Assembly (NCBI GenBank): GCA_965140445.1
Contig: OZ223236.1
Span: forward strand, 3,328,001 to 3,392,000
Source of the DNA: Candidatus Ozemobacteraceae bacterium
GTDB taxonomy: Bacteria > Muiribacteriota > Ozemobacteria > Ozemobacterales > Ozemobacteraceae
Direction of reading: 5' to 3'
Length of the DNA stretch: 64,000 nucleotides
Part shown: piece by piece, positions 47,975 to 57,705 of the stretch
Position numbering within the stretch: position 1 is the stretch's first letter
Layout: each line of letters opens with the position of its first letter
The notes under the pieces: generated by a model
What the model was told of the DNA's origin: nothing
What the model saw: only the letters and a program-made list of their open reading frames with translations
Databases searched by the model: none
Translations under genes and position numbers: made by a program

Positions 47975-48514
47975 GTGATAACTCTTGAAACCAAACGGCT
48001 TTTTATTAGGGACCACATAAGATCTGATTTTGCTGACTATCATAGGTGGGTTTCAGATCCTGATTTGATGAAATTTGTTATCTGGAAATCAAGCTCAATA
48101 GATGAATCGCGTGAGCTTTTTGATGATTGTCTTAGTGAAAACGAAAAAGCGGATCGGAAAAAGTATTTTTTCGCCATTGTTGAAAAGGAGAGCTCTAAAA
48201 TAGTAGGAGATATTGGCTTTACTGTTTTAACAGAGCATACATCCAATGGAGTAGCCGAAGCTGGTTATTTTCTGCTAAAAGAATACTGGGGTAGGGGGTT
48301 TGCTTCTGAAGGGCTTGTAAGACTATTTGAGTTTGGCTTTAATGAACTTAACCTGGAAAAGATTATAGCAGGCTGTGCACGTGAAAATGTTGCCTCTGAA
48401 AAAGTTATGATTCGCTGTGGAATGCAAAAAGACGACAATTTTGCTGATTTTAACGATAAAAATATGGCTGGCCCCAATCGTCTTAAATACCAGATATGCC
48501 GGAAAAAGGCTTAA
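47975..48514 (+). CDS. RimJ/RimL-type GNAT acetyltransferase
   Basis: LETKRL.IR, EAGYFL...WGRG.ASE, N.ASEKVM...GM. Confidence 0.88.
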   Translation: MITLETKRLFIRDHIRSDFADYHRWVSDPDLMKFVIWKSSSIDESRELFDDCLSENEKADRKKYFFAIVEKESSKIVGDIGFTVLTEHTSNGVAEAGYFLLKEYWGRGFASEGLVRLFEFGFNELNLEKIIAGCARENVASEKVMIRCGMQKDDNFADFNDKNMAGPNRLKYQICRKKA

Positions 48515-49887
48515 TGATCTTGTTTCTGAAAAATTCTTTTTACAAGGTTTGAGATCTGATTGAAAAAAAATCGATAGAAAAATGCTTTTTTCCAATGGAA
48601 TCTTATAGTTCTGAAATTCCCAATCAAATTTAGCTTTTTCAAATACCGAATAGTCACCTCAAAATCAGTGGCTTCGTTAAAATACCAGTGTTTTTGCGGA
48701 TCATAAAAACCAAGCTCGGAAAATCTTATCTTTTCTGGAAAAATCTTCCTGGATCTTACTAAATCATTCCAGAAAGGCGTTCCCGGTAATGGCTTCAACA
48801 AAAAAACCGTTAAATGGTTAATTCTATTTCTTTTTATAAACTTTAGAGTCTTTTTTAGATCATTCTCTGTTTCACCTGGTGTTCCTAGAACAAAGGACCC
48901 ATAAACCATGATGTCATTTTTAATCAGTAAATCTATAGCCCTCTTGTGGTCCTTTATTGAAATTTGCCCACATTTCAATTTTGATAAAATCTTTTCAGAT
49001 CCGCTTTCAAAACCGAAACTAATAGATTCTGTACGCAACTCTTTTAAAAGCGCGATGGTCTCTTCATCTATGAGTTTTGAACTTGCGTCACAAGAGGTTG
49101 AAAATTTATCTAACACAGCATTTTCTTTTAAGATCCTTACCAATTCATAAACTCGTTTTTTACTAACCAGAAAGTTGTCATCTACAAATTTAAAATGAAC
49201 AATTCCATAAGATTGATACAGCTCAATCATTTCTTTGGCAATGTCTTTTGCACTTCGCAATTTTAAATTAGGGTTAATTGCCTTAGCAGCACAAAAATAG
49301 CAGTTGTGTGGACAACCAACTGAGCTGATAATCCTACATCTATGAGGATTAGGTTCAAGAAAATATTTATAGGGTGAAACTATGGAATCATTTGAACCTT
49401 TTGAGCAGAGTCTCGGGTTGATAACAAGCTTTCCATCATTCAAATAAATAGCACCAGGAATGGTTTTTAAGAACTCTGGCTCCAATCTTTCTTCGTGAAC
49501 CGGGAAGCTTAAAAAAAGAGCTTCAAGAAGTGGCTCGCCCTTCCCAACACAACCAAGATCAAATTCTTCTGTAAGGCTTTCAGGCATGCATGAAATATGA
49601 GGCCCGCCGACCGCCATAATCTGAACTTTTTTTCTCAGGCCCTTAGCAACTTTTATTGCTTCTTCCCAGGCTTGAGTAGGGGAATAAATTCCACAAAAAT
49701 CATACTTTTGAGATTTTGAAACCCTGTCCCAGTTATAAGAATCTCCAAAGGTAAAATTGAATTCAAATTCGGGAAACCTTTCTTTCAAAAATCCCGCTAA
49801 AACATATAGAGAAAGTGATTCCTCACCCGAAAACCATACTGATTCAGAATATTTTGCTTCAATAAGTAATATTTCAAATTTTCTCAA
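48511..49887 (-). CDS. B12-binding radical SAM protein
   Basis: VGGPH (cobalamin domain), GCPHNCYFC (CxxxCxxC), FVDDNF, GFESGS, LG.PGET, PLPGT. Confidence 0.88.
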   Translation of the reverse strand: MRKFEILLIEAKYSESVWFSGEESLSLYVLAGFLKERFPEFEFNFTFGDSYNWDRVSKSQKYDFCGIYSPTQAWEEAIKVAKGLRKKVQIMAVGGPHISCMPESLTEEFDLGCVGKGEPLLEALFLSFPVHEERLEPEFLKTIPGAIYLNDGKLVINPRLCSKGSNDSIVSPYKYFLEPNPHRCRIISSVGCPHNCYFCAAKAINPNLKLRSAKDIAKEMIELYQSYGIVHFKFVDDNFLVSKKRVYELVRILKENAVLDKFSTSCDASSKLIDEETIALLKELRTESISFGFESGSEKILSKLKCGQISIKDHKRAIDLLIKNDIMVYGSFVLGTPGETENDLKKTLKFIKRNRINHLTVFLLKPLPGTPFWNDLVRSRKIFPEKIRFSELGFYDPQKHWYFNEATDFEVTIRYLKKLNLIGNFRTIRFHWKKAFFYRFFFNQISNLVKRIFQKQDH

Positions 49888-50170
49888 AGTTTATCCCAAA
49901 ACAACTCAAATTTTATCTTGCTGGTTAGGCGAAAAATTCTAAAAAAACTCCAGTTAATGTATTGCTGAAGGCGATAATTAAAGTCCGACAATTTAACGTA
50001 AGTTTTTTAATAATAACCGGCCCTATTTGCTAAGATTACCTTCATTTTCATTTTTAGTCACCATTGTATTTAAACTTAAACTCATATATCATTTTTTTGT
50101 AATACAAAATTAAACAAAATAATAGAGGAACTGTATTACGATTTAAAAGGAACTTTGGAGGAAATTTTAT

Positions 50171-51619
50171 ATGAGTGAAAAGAAAACTTTGACCACTGCT
50201 GCTGGTATTCCAGTGTCTGATAATCAGACCTCTTTAACTTCTGGTGAAAGGGGACCAACCCTTCTTCAAGACCACTATTTGCTTGAAAAACTGGCACATT
50301 TTAATCGAGAAAGAATTCCAGAGCGTGTGGTGCACGCCAAAGCAGCAGGAGCACATGGAACATTTACCGTAACGCACGATATTACCAAATATACAAAAGC
50401 TAAAATTTTCTCTGAAATTGGCAAGAAAACTGAAATGTTTGGACGTTTTTCAACTGTTGCCGGAGAAAAGGGCTCTGCTGATACAGTAAGAGATGTTCGC
50501 GGATTTGCCTTAAAATTCTACACTGAAGAAGGCAATTGGGATCTTGTTGGAAACAATACCCCGACCTTTTTCATTCGTGATGCTATTAAGTTTCCAGATT
50601 TTATTCATACCCAAAAAAGAGATCCTCAAACAAACGCCAAACGTGACTTTGCCCAATGGGATTTCTGGTCACAAGTTCCAGAAGCTCTCCACCAGGTTAC
50701 CATTCTGTTTTCGGATCGCGGTATTCCAATGGGCATACCTTATATGAATGGCTATGGAAGCCATACATATAGTTTTATAAATGCGAAAAACGAAAGATTC
50801 TGGGTAAAATTTCATTTTAAGACCATGCAGGGAATTCAATGCATGAAACCAGAAGAAGCTGATAAGCTTGCTGCTTCAAACCCGGATTACCATACTGTGG
50901 AATTGTTTAACGCTATAGATCGTGCTGAATATCCAAGATGGAAATTATACGTTCAAGTTATGCCAGAAATGGAAGCCGAGACTTACAGATTTAACCCTTT
51001 TGATCTTACAAAAGTATGGCCACATGGCGATTATCCTTTAATTGAAGTTGGAATTATGGAACTTAACAGAAATCCTGCCAACTACTTTGCAGAAGTTGAA
51101 CAATCCGCATTTTCACCCGGTAACATAGTTCCTGGAATTTCATTTTCACCAGACAAAATGCTTCAAGCCCGCATTTTTTCTTATGCAGATGCCTCTCGTT
51201 ATCGTTTAGGCGCTAACTTTGAAAGGCTGCCAATCAACTGTCCACACGCAACAAAAGTTCAAAATACCTATCAACGTGATGGCGCGATGCGTTTTGATGA
51301 AAATGGCGGTGGGGACCCTAACTATGAACCAAACACCATGGGAGGCCCAGTTGCCGACCCATCCTTTGCTGAACCTCCACTGAAAATTTCTGGAAATGCT
51401 GACAGATATGAGCAAAAACGCGGCGTAGATCAGGATTATGTTCAACCTGGAAATCTTTATCGGCTTATGACTCCTGAGCAACAAAAAGCTTTGGCTGAAA
51501 ACATTGCTGGAAGCCTTGGAAAAGTCCCGGTTGAATTACAAAAGAAAATGGTCGCCCATTTTGCAAAGGCAGATCCAGCTTATGGAGAAGGTGTTGCAAA
51601 AGCTCTTGGATTAAAATGA
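50171..51619 (+). CDS. katA: Monofunctional heme catalase (small subunit)
   Basis: [49 protein letters not shown]. Confidence 0.96.
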   Translation: MSEKKTLTTAAGIPVSDNQTSLTSGERGPTLLQDHYLLEKLAHFNRERIPERVVHAKAAGAHGTFTVTHDITKYTKAKIFSEIGKKTEMFGRFSTVAGEKGSADTVRDVRGFALKFYTEEGNWDLVGNNTPTFFIRDAIKFPDFIHTQKRDPQTNAKRDFAQWDFWSQVPEALHQVTILFSDRGIPMGIPYMNGYGSHTYSFINAKNERFWVKFHFKTMQGIQCMKPEEADKLAASNPDYHTVELFNAIDRAEYPRWKLYVQVMPEMEAETYRFNPFDLTKVWPHGDYPLIEVGIMELNRNPANYFAEVEQSAFSPGNIVPGISFSPDKMLQARIFSYADASRYRLGANFERLPINCPHATKVQNTYQRDGAMRFDENGGGDPNYEPNTMGGPVADPSFAEPPLKISGNADRYEQKRGVDQDYVQPGNLYRLMTPEQQKALAENIAGSLGKVPVELQKKMVAHFAKADPAYGEGVAKALGLK

Positions 51620-51634
51620 TTATTTTTTAAAACT

Positions 51635-51669
51635 AAGTCGGCAAGGTTTTATAACTTTGCCGACTTTTT
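51635..51669 (+). terminator. Intrinsic terminator after katA
   Basis: AAGTCGGCAAGG...CTTTGCCGACTT followed by Ts. Confidence 0.75.
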
Positions 51670-51681
51670 CTGGAGAAAAAA

Positions 51682-52224
51682 TTGAAAAAGAAACTTCTTA
51701 CTAGCGCTATTTTCCTTATTCTTACAGCTTTGGTTCCGGTATTTCTTTGGGCAAACACTCCCAAATTAGCAGGTGCTTTTTTGAAAATAGAAGGTTTGCA
51801 GGTTCAATTTTACAAAATCAAAATAGAGCACAAAGATGGTGGCGGCTCAGATTATGAGTTTCAAACTTCCCTGGAAAATGGAAAAATCTATCTTCACCCT
51901 TTGCCAGACCATGTAAAAGCAAATATATCTGTGATACCAGTCACCACTGATTTTGTTCCCCAATCCCCATATATGATTACCAATCAGGAGCTAGTTGCGA
52001 AATGGTATAGCTCTGTTGAAGAAGGTTGTTTTGCATCCCACAATTTTAATTATATTTCTGCTGACGGCCGTCCAATTTCAGAGCTGGCTTCAAGTAGCGA
52101 TTTGGTTCACCCTTCAGAAGAAATCCCTTTACCCAAAGATGACCATAACTTTTTAGATATAAAAAGCATTTCCGGTGATGAACTGGAAAAAGAAATTGGA
52201 AAAGGTTTTCCAGTAAAAAGATAA
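51682..52224 (+). CDS. Hypothetical secreted protein
   Basis: GGAG RBS, TTG start, signal peptide. Confidence 0.7.
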   Translation: MKKKLLTSAIFLILTALVPVFLWANTPKLAGAFLKIEGLQVQFYKIKIEHKDGGGSDYEFQTSLENGKIYLHPLPDHVKANISVIPVTTDFVPQSPYMITNQELVAKWYSSVEEGCFASHNFNYISADGRPISELASSSDLVHPSEEIPLPKDDHNFLDIKSISGDELEKEIGKGFPVKR

Positions 52225-52256
52225 CTTTCATTAGATAAATAAGTTTAAGGAGTCTT

Positions 52257-52658
52257 TTGAAAAAGCTACCAACAATACTATTCATACTTACTGTTCTTTT
52301 CGTTTTGTTAAATATGGCGGCTGGATACAAATCTGCCGCTATAAGAGCAAAACGGAAAGCCTGTTTTGAAAACCTTTCTAAGTTGCAAAGCATGTATGAC
52401 ATGGGTGTTCTGGATAGCTTCAAAAAATTGGAAAAAAATCAAAAGATTCCAATTGATCTATTGATAGAAAAAAAACTTGTATCCCCAAAAATCCTTTGTC
52501 CTTTTGAGGGAAATTTTATCGCAACATATTCAGAAGGAATGTTTCATGTGTCCTGCTCTTTTCACGGTGCATCAACCGATGATAAGCAAGGCAATTTAGA
52601 CCCTGGCTATAGCATATTTTATTGGCTCTATATTTGGATAAAAGGAATCTTTAAATAG
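52257..52658 (+). CDS. Small membrane protein with pseudopilin-like C..N...CP..G.....C..HG domain
   Basis: AAGGAG RBS; N-terminal TM; KACFENL...CPFEGNF...SCSFHG. Confidence 0.6.
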   Translation: MKKLPTILFILTVLFVLLNMAAGYKSAAIRAKRKACFENLSKLQSMYDMGVLDSFKKLEKNQKIPIDLLIEKKLVSPKILCPFEGNFIATYSEGMFHVSCSFHGASTDDKQGNLDPGYSIFYWLYIWIKGIFK

Positions 52659-52711
52659 CCATTCACTATTTAAGCAGCTTCCAAAAATTAAAATCCTGAA
52701 AATTGAGCTTC

Positions 52712-53632
52712 TTATGGAAACATAAAAAAAACAAGGGCCAGTGAAGCTACAATTATCCACAGAGTTATTCCAAGGGCAAAGCTTTTTACACCGGCTTCCT
52801 TTGCACTTGAAATAGACATATTTGAACCAATTAGAAACAAAGCAGCTACCATTCCCTTTTTACCAAACCAACTTAACCATTTGTAGGAAATCTCAAATTG
52901 CGGCAAAAAATGCGCAAATACTATGGCAAGAACAAAAAGTCCTATAAACCACGGCGGTTTAATTTTGCCATTTCCTTTTTCTTTAACAAAGAAAGAAATT
53001 GCCAATGAGAGTGGAATTATCCACAGAGCTCTGGTCAACTTAATTATAGTGGCTAATTCAAGCGCTTTAACTCCATAGCTGGCACCTGCACCAACAACAG
53101 AACTGGTATCATGTATTGCAATCGCTGCCCAATATCCAAATACTTCCTGACTTAAATTTAAATAGTGGCCAATCATTGGAAAAATAAACAACGCTATTGC
53201 ATTTAAAAAGAAAACGACAACAAGGGAAAACGAAATCTGATTATCTTCAGCATCCAAAACCGGTCCGACTGCGGCTATAGCACTTCCCCCACAAATTGCG
53301 GTTCCTGAAGAAATTAAAATAGCAGTATTCTTTTCAACTTTAAAAATTTTCCCAAGAATAAGCCCGGCAGCCATTGTAAAAAAAACGGAACCTGCCGTTA
53401 TGGCAAAACCTGTTTTAGAAGCATTTATGACCTGATCCAGATTCATTCCAAAACCCATTAAAACGATTGAAGCCTGTAAGGCCAAGGATTTAAAAGAGCT
53501 GATTTTAGGATTTTTTATTCCGGCAGCAGCAAAACACAAGCCTATTATTAAGGCAATTGCGGGGGAAAAAAATGGAGTTAAACAAAGGCATAAAACTACA
53601 AAATAAGCCAGATTTAATAGATTATTCTTCAA
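52712..53632 (-). CDS. YeiH/UPF0324 family membrane transporter
   Basis: GTAICGGSAIAA, AIHDTSSVVGA, KLTRALWIIP, PWFI.LF. Confidence 0.9.
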   Translation of the reverse strand: MKNNLLNLAYFVVLCLCLTPFFSPAIALIIGLCFAAAGIKNPKISSFKSLALQASIVLMGFGMNLDQVINASKTGFAITAGSVFFTMAAGLILGKIFKVEKNTAILISSGTAICGGSAIAAVGPVLDAEDNQISFSLVVVFFLNAIALFIFPMIGHYLNLSQEVFGYWAAIAIHDTSSVVGAGASYGVKALELATIIKLTRALWIIPLSLAISFFVKEKGNGKIKPPWFIGLFVLAIVFAHFLPQFEISYKWLSWFGKKGMVAALFLIGSNMSISSAKEAGVKSFALGITLWIIVASLALVFFMFP

Positions 53633-53837
53633 AACAAATTTCCTATAACTTATGCGGTGATTGAAATTAGAATTATCATCCTCAATGAATTTTTTGTAAA
53701 GATTAATGTGTTATTAAATCAAATTTGGTAAAAACTCAGAAAAAAATTAATCGGGGGCTGTGTCTGAAAGTAAATTTGTGGTATCTTGGCAGGGCTTTAC
53801 AGGCAAATTTATTTGTAAAAGGAACCTGGCAAAAGAA

Positions 53838-55100
53838 ATGAGACAATCAAAACTTTTTACCAAAACATCAAAAACCTTACCTAAAGATGAAGTAAGCCTT
53901 AATTCACAGCTGCTTTTAAAAAGCGGTTTCATAGATAAAGAGATCGCTGGTGCATATTCATTTCTGCCGTTAGGACTAAGAGTTTTAAATAAAATCATCA
54001 ATGTCATTCGTGAAGAAATGAATGCCATAGGTGGTCAGGAAATCATGCTAACCGCACTCCAATCTCCAGCAACATGGGAAGCAACCGATCGCTGGGATGA
54101 TCAAAAGATGGATGTGTGGTTCAAAACAGAACTGAAAAATGGAAATCAACTTGGGCTGGCTCCAACACATGAAGAACCTCTGACCAAGTTAATGAAAAAG
54201 TTCATTAATTCTTATAAAGATCTTCCTGCATTTCCTTATCAGTTTCAAACTAAATTCAGAAACGAAATGAGAGCAAAATCAGGAATCTTGCGAACTCGTG
54301 AATTTATCATGAAAGACCTTTACTCTTTTTGTAAAAACCAGGAAGAGTTGGATGAATACTACGAAATAGCCAAGAAAGCATACATCAAGATCTTTGATCG
54401 ATTAGGTCTTGGTGAAATAACTTATGTAACTTATGCATCTGGTGGAACTTTCTGCAAATTCAGTCATGAATTTCAAACCCTTTGTGAATATGGTGAAGAC
54501 TTGATCTATATCAACGAAGAAAAAAATGTTGCCATTAACAGAGAAATTTTTGAAGACGAACTTGTAGCTGAATTTGGTCTTACCAAAGCAGACTTTGTAG
54601 AAAAGAAAGCTATTGAAGTAGGAAACATCTTTAAACTAGGTACTAAATTCTCGGATGGCCTTGGACTTAGCTATGTTGATGAAACAGGAGCAAAAAATCC
54701 TGTAATAATGGGAAGCTATGGTATTGGGCCTGCAAGGGTTATGGGTACAATAGTGGAAACCAGAAACGATGAACGCGGTATAATCTGGCCAAAAGAAGTT
54801 GCGCCATACCATGTACACATTATTTCCCTTGGTAAAGATGAAACAGTTCAGCAAGAATCTGAAAAACTCTATAACCTGCTTAACTCCAAAAATATTGAAG
54901 TACTTTGGGATGACCGCTTAAATGTTAATCCTGGAGCAAAATTTGCTGATTCAGATCTTATCGGATGTCCTGTAAGAATAACTGTAAGCGGCAAAAACAT
55001 TGAAAAAGAACAATATGAAGTTAAAAGAAGAGCTGGTGGAGATCCTGAATTTGTTCCACAAGCTGATATAGTTAGCTTCCTCGAAAATGAATTGAAATAA
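53838..55100 (+). CDS. proS: Proline--tRNA ligase, short form without the INS editing domain
   Basis: MRQSKLF, LPLGLRV, PTHEE, YQFQTKFRNE.R...GILR.REF.MKD.YSF, IEVGNIFKLG, MGSYGIG, GI.WP...APY; 420 aa. Confidence 0.93.
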   Translation: MRQSKLFTKTSKTLPKDEVSLNSQLLLKSGFIDKEIAGAYSFLPLGLRVLNKIINVIREEMNAIGGQEIMLTALQSPATWEATDRWDDQKMDVWFKTELKNGNQLGLAPTHEEPLTKLMKKFINSYKDLPAFPYQFQTKFRNEMRAKSGILRTREFIMKDLYSFCKNQEELDEYYEIAKKAYIKIFDRLGLGEITYVTYASGGTFCKFSHEFQTLCEYGEDLIYINEEKNVAINREIFEDELVAEFGLTKADFVEKKAIEVGNIFKLGTKFSDGLGLSYVDETGAKNPVIMGSYGIGPARVMGTIVETRNDERGIIWPKEVAPYHVHIISLGKDETVQQESEKLYNLLNSKNIEVLWDDRLNVNPGAKFADSDLIGCPVRITVSGKNIEKEQYEVKRRAGGDPEFVPQADIVSFLENELK

Positions 55101-55110
55101 TCAATTAGAT

Positions 55111-55155
55111 AAAAACCGCTCGCTAGTTTATTAATTGGCGAGCGGTTCTTTTTTT
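55111..55155. terminator. Bidirectional terminator between proS and the proline dehydrogenase gene
   Basis: AAAAACCGCTCGCTA...TGGCGAGCGGTT followed by a T-run. Confidence 0.8.
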
Positions 55156-55238
55156 AACTCTTTTTAAGCGTGCATAGCTCGGTGCACAAACAGCAAAGAG
55201 TAGGGGACTGATTTTATTAATTTAGCGGCCTATCAAAA

Positions 55239-56057
55239 TCAAAGTGCCGGCATTCTCTTAATTCTTTGCAAAGCCCTTAAATAGGCTTCTCTTCTTTTAA
55301 TGTATCCAGAACTGCCATCACCATATGGGACGTATTCAGAAACCTGAAATCCATCTTTTACCATTAAAACTTTAGTCTCTTCAGCCAATCCTTTTAGAAA
55401 ACCAAAAGTTACTTGACCCTTTTTTTCATCGCCAATAATGGTCTGACAATTTTTCAAAACCAGAGGATCATGGGTTCCAACATCAAATGTCTTTCCTGAA
55501 GCAATTGCCTTTTGGAAAAAACTCATAAAGCGGTCTTGAATCAATGTAAAATCAGTGATATCGCCAAGATATGCTCCTTTAACCAGTCTAATTTTTAATC
55601 GGTTATCCAGAGCATCTTTAAAGTCTTGAACAGTTCTATCTAAATAAGCCTGCAAAGCCAATACAATACAATTTCCTTCCAATGCTTTCTTTTGCGCCAG
55701 GCTAATTGTTTCTGCAACAGATGGAGTGCCTTCCATGTCTATTTCTGCCAGGACCGATGCTTCTTTTGCTTTAGTCAGAATTTTATCAAGCATTTCTTCG
55801 GCAAGGTCCTTGTCAAAGCTAAGGCCAATGGCTGACAGTTTTAATGCAACCGAGCCACCAACGATACCTGCATCGTTGATTTCTGAAATACATTTAATGT
55901 ATTCATTTGCAGAGGCTACGGCCTGGTCCTTATTTGATGCATACTCACCCAAGGGGTCGAGGGTTACTTTAATTCCCTGGGTTTGTCTCTTTAGACACCA
56001 ATCAATAGCCTCTGATAAATCACTGAAAGCCCATCTATTGTTTTGTTGATCTTCCAT
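55239..56057 (-). CDS. Monofunctional proline dehydrogenase
   Basis: LGE, ALKLSAIG, IDME, LQAYL.R, RLVKGAY, GTHD, YVPYG....YI.RR. Confidence 0.88.
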   Translation of the reverse strand: MEDQQNNRWAFSDLSEAIDWCLKRQTQGIKVTLDPLGEYASNKDQAVASANEYIKCISEINDAGIVGGSVALKLSAIGLSFDKDLAEEMLDKILTKAKEASVLAEIDMEGTPSVAETISLAQKKALEGNCIVLALQAYLDRTVQDFKDALDNRLKIRLVKGAYLGDITDFTLIQDRFMSFFQKAIASGKTFDVGTHDPLVLKNCQTIIGDEKKGQVTFGFLKGLAEETKVLMVKDGFQVSEYVPYGDGSSGYIKRREAYLRALQRIKRMPAL

Positions 56058-56176
56058 AAATCTAAATTACTACAAATAAATGACAATGGTCAATCTGATA
56101 GCTTTCATTAGCAAATCTAATATTTGATTAAAACTATGATTATGAATTTTTTCACAAAGAGTAGGTGAGTTTTTGA

Positions 56177-56214
56177 ATTTTTAGCTATTTAGATTTTTAG
56201 CTATTTGGATTTTT
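56177..56214. repeat. Short tandem repeat (16-bp unit, two copies plus a partial)
   Basis: ATTTTTAGCTATTTAG / ATTTTTAGCTATTTGG / ATTTTT. Confidence 0.7.
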
Positions 56215-56636
56215 TTCGACCTAAAAAACTCAGTTTTTGGTCTAAAATGTAAAATCAAGCAAAAAAGACTTAAAAAAGGGGGAAAACTTTCAATTTCGAA
56301 AGAAAAATGCCTAAAAGGTATAAGAACTCCAGAAACTTAAAAAAAATCTCTTATTTGGGCTCTAATTTGCTACTTTTTTTTTATTAGTTGAGATGAACCT
56401 GAAAAATTTCTGGAATGCCTATTGTTTTCATAAAAAAATTGTAGAAAGCAAAAAAACAAAAGAGTAGTTCCAAAATTTTTACTTCAATCTGATTTTATTC
56501 AATTTGAAAAAAAGAGAAATAATATTCTGTAGAATCTATATTTTTAAGTTCCAGGTAATTGAAAAGTTTTGAACTTCAAAAAAACTTAATATTAAAAAAA
56601 GCCAATATTAAGTATAAATACCAATTACAATTCTTG

Positions 56637-56664
56637 GGTTTACATAATATTTATTATCAGACTC
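56637..56664 (-). other. dif-like XerC/XerD recombination site
   Basis: Minus strand GAGTCTGATAA-TAAATA-TTATGTAAACC with 11-6-11 spacing. The XerD arm differs by one base from B. subtilis TTATGTAAACT. Lies in a ~750-bp gene-free AT-rich gap. Confidence 0.75.
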
Positions 56665-56769
56665 AAAGAAATCTACTATATACCCAATAAACCTTTATTA
56701 AAGCCCAATACAGCCTCATTACCCTGCGACCATTTGATAATTATCAGATGATTATATATATCGCAAATC

Positions 56770-56798
56770 TTGACTAAGTTTGATTCTATGATTAAGAT
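56770..56798 (+). promoter_or_regulatory. Candidate sigma70 promoter of the creatininase-family gene
   Basis: TTGACT-17 nt-TAAGAT ending 11 bp before the ATG, implying a very short leader. Palindrome CATTTGATAATTATCAGATG at 56731-56750 just upstream. Confidence 0.5.
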
Positions 56799-56809
56799 AC
56801 CACTTAATT

Positions 56810-57643
56810 ATGAATTTATCAGACTTAACATCATCACAAATAGCAGAATTAGACAAAGAGAATTATATCGTTATAATTCCTCTCGGATCAGTTGAGCAAC
56901 ATGGCCCGCATCTTCCGGTTGGTACAAAAAGTTATCTGGCAGAAGCTGTAGCTTTTGAAGCTTTAAAGAACCTTAAGGCAGATTCTATACAAACGATTAT
57001 TGCTCCTCTTGTTCCGTTCATGCCGTGCCAGGTAAACTTTGGGTTTACATCCAATTTTTCTATTGGCGCAAGAACCTTTTCCGATGCTTTGTATGAAATT
57101 GGATGTTGCTTTCAACGTGAAGGATTTAAAAGAATTTATTTTGTTAATCTTTCTATTTCTCCAGATGCCATAAAAGCTATTGCTGTTGCAATTGATGACT
57201 TGAATACCTTACCAGATTTTCATGCTTATGATCCTATGCCTCTATGGAACTTCTCTCCTAACGAGACCTTCAATGACAGCCTGAAAAACCTTGGATTAGA
57301 GCCTGGAAATGAACTTCATGCCGATGTTAAGGAAACAAGTGCAATGCTTTCGATTGATCCGGAATTCGTTGATTCAAATCTGATTGCCAGCCTTCCACCA
57401 TGTAAGGTTAATACTTCCTGGGAGGTTCTCAAGGGAAATTTCTCTTTTCAGGAAATGGGTTCGGACTACGGCTATCTTGGCACTCCATCTGCTGCCACCA
57501 GTGATCTTGGGAAACTTTATATTGAGGAAGCCGGTTATGGACTGTCTGAATCAATTAAATTTACCCTGGGTGGAAACCAGCTTCCAGAACTGCCGTTACA
57601 AATTCGTATGTTATTGAAAATGGTTGATTTGGATGAAATGTAA
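56810..57643 (+). CDS. Creatininase / creatinine amidohydrolase family protein
   Basis: IPLGSVEQHGPHLP.GT, HAD..ETS, G.LG.P..AT...G. Confidence 0.85.
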   Translation: MNLSDLTSSQIAELDKENYIVIIPLGSVEQHGPHLPVGTKSYLAEAVAFEALKNLKADSIQTIIAPLVPFMPCQVNFGFTSNFSIGARTFSDALYEIGCCFQREGFKRIYFVNLSISPDAIKAIAVAIDDLNTLPDFHAYDPMPLWNFSPNETFNDSLKNLGLEPGNELHADVKETSAMLSIDPEFVDSNLIASLPPCKVNTSWEVLKGNFSFQEMGSDYGYLGTPSAATSDLGKLYIEEAGYGLSESIKFTLGGNQLPELPLQIRMLLKMVDLDEM

Positions 57644-57705
57644 TCTCTAAGCAGAATTACCGGTGCTTTCCAATTTTTTATTGGGTCACTTTTATTGGGA
57701 CACTT

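Noticed and set aside
55165..55215. Small hairpin GTGCA-TAGCTCGG-TGCAC considered as a tRNA fragment
   Set aside because: No cloverleaf, T-loop (GTTCRA) or acceptor stem.
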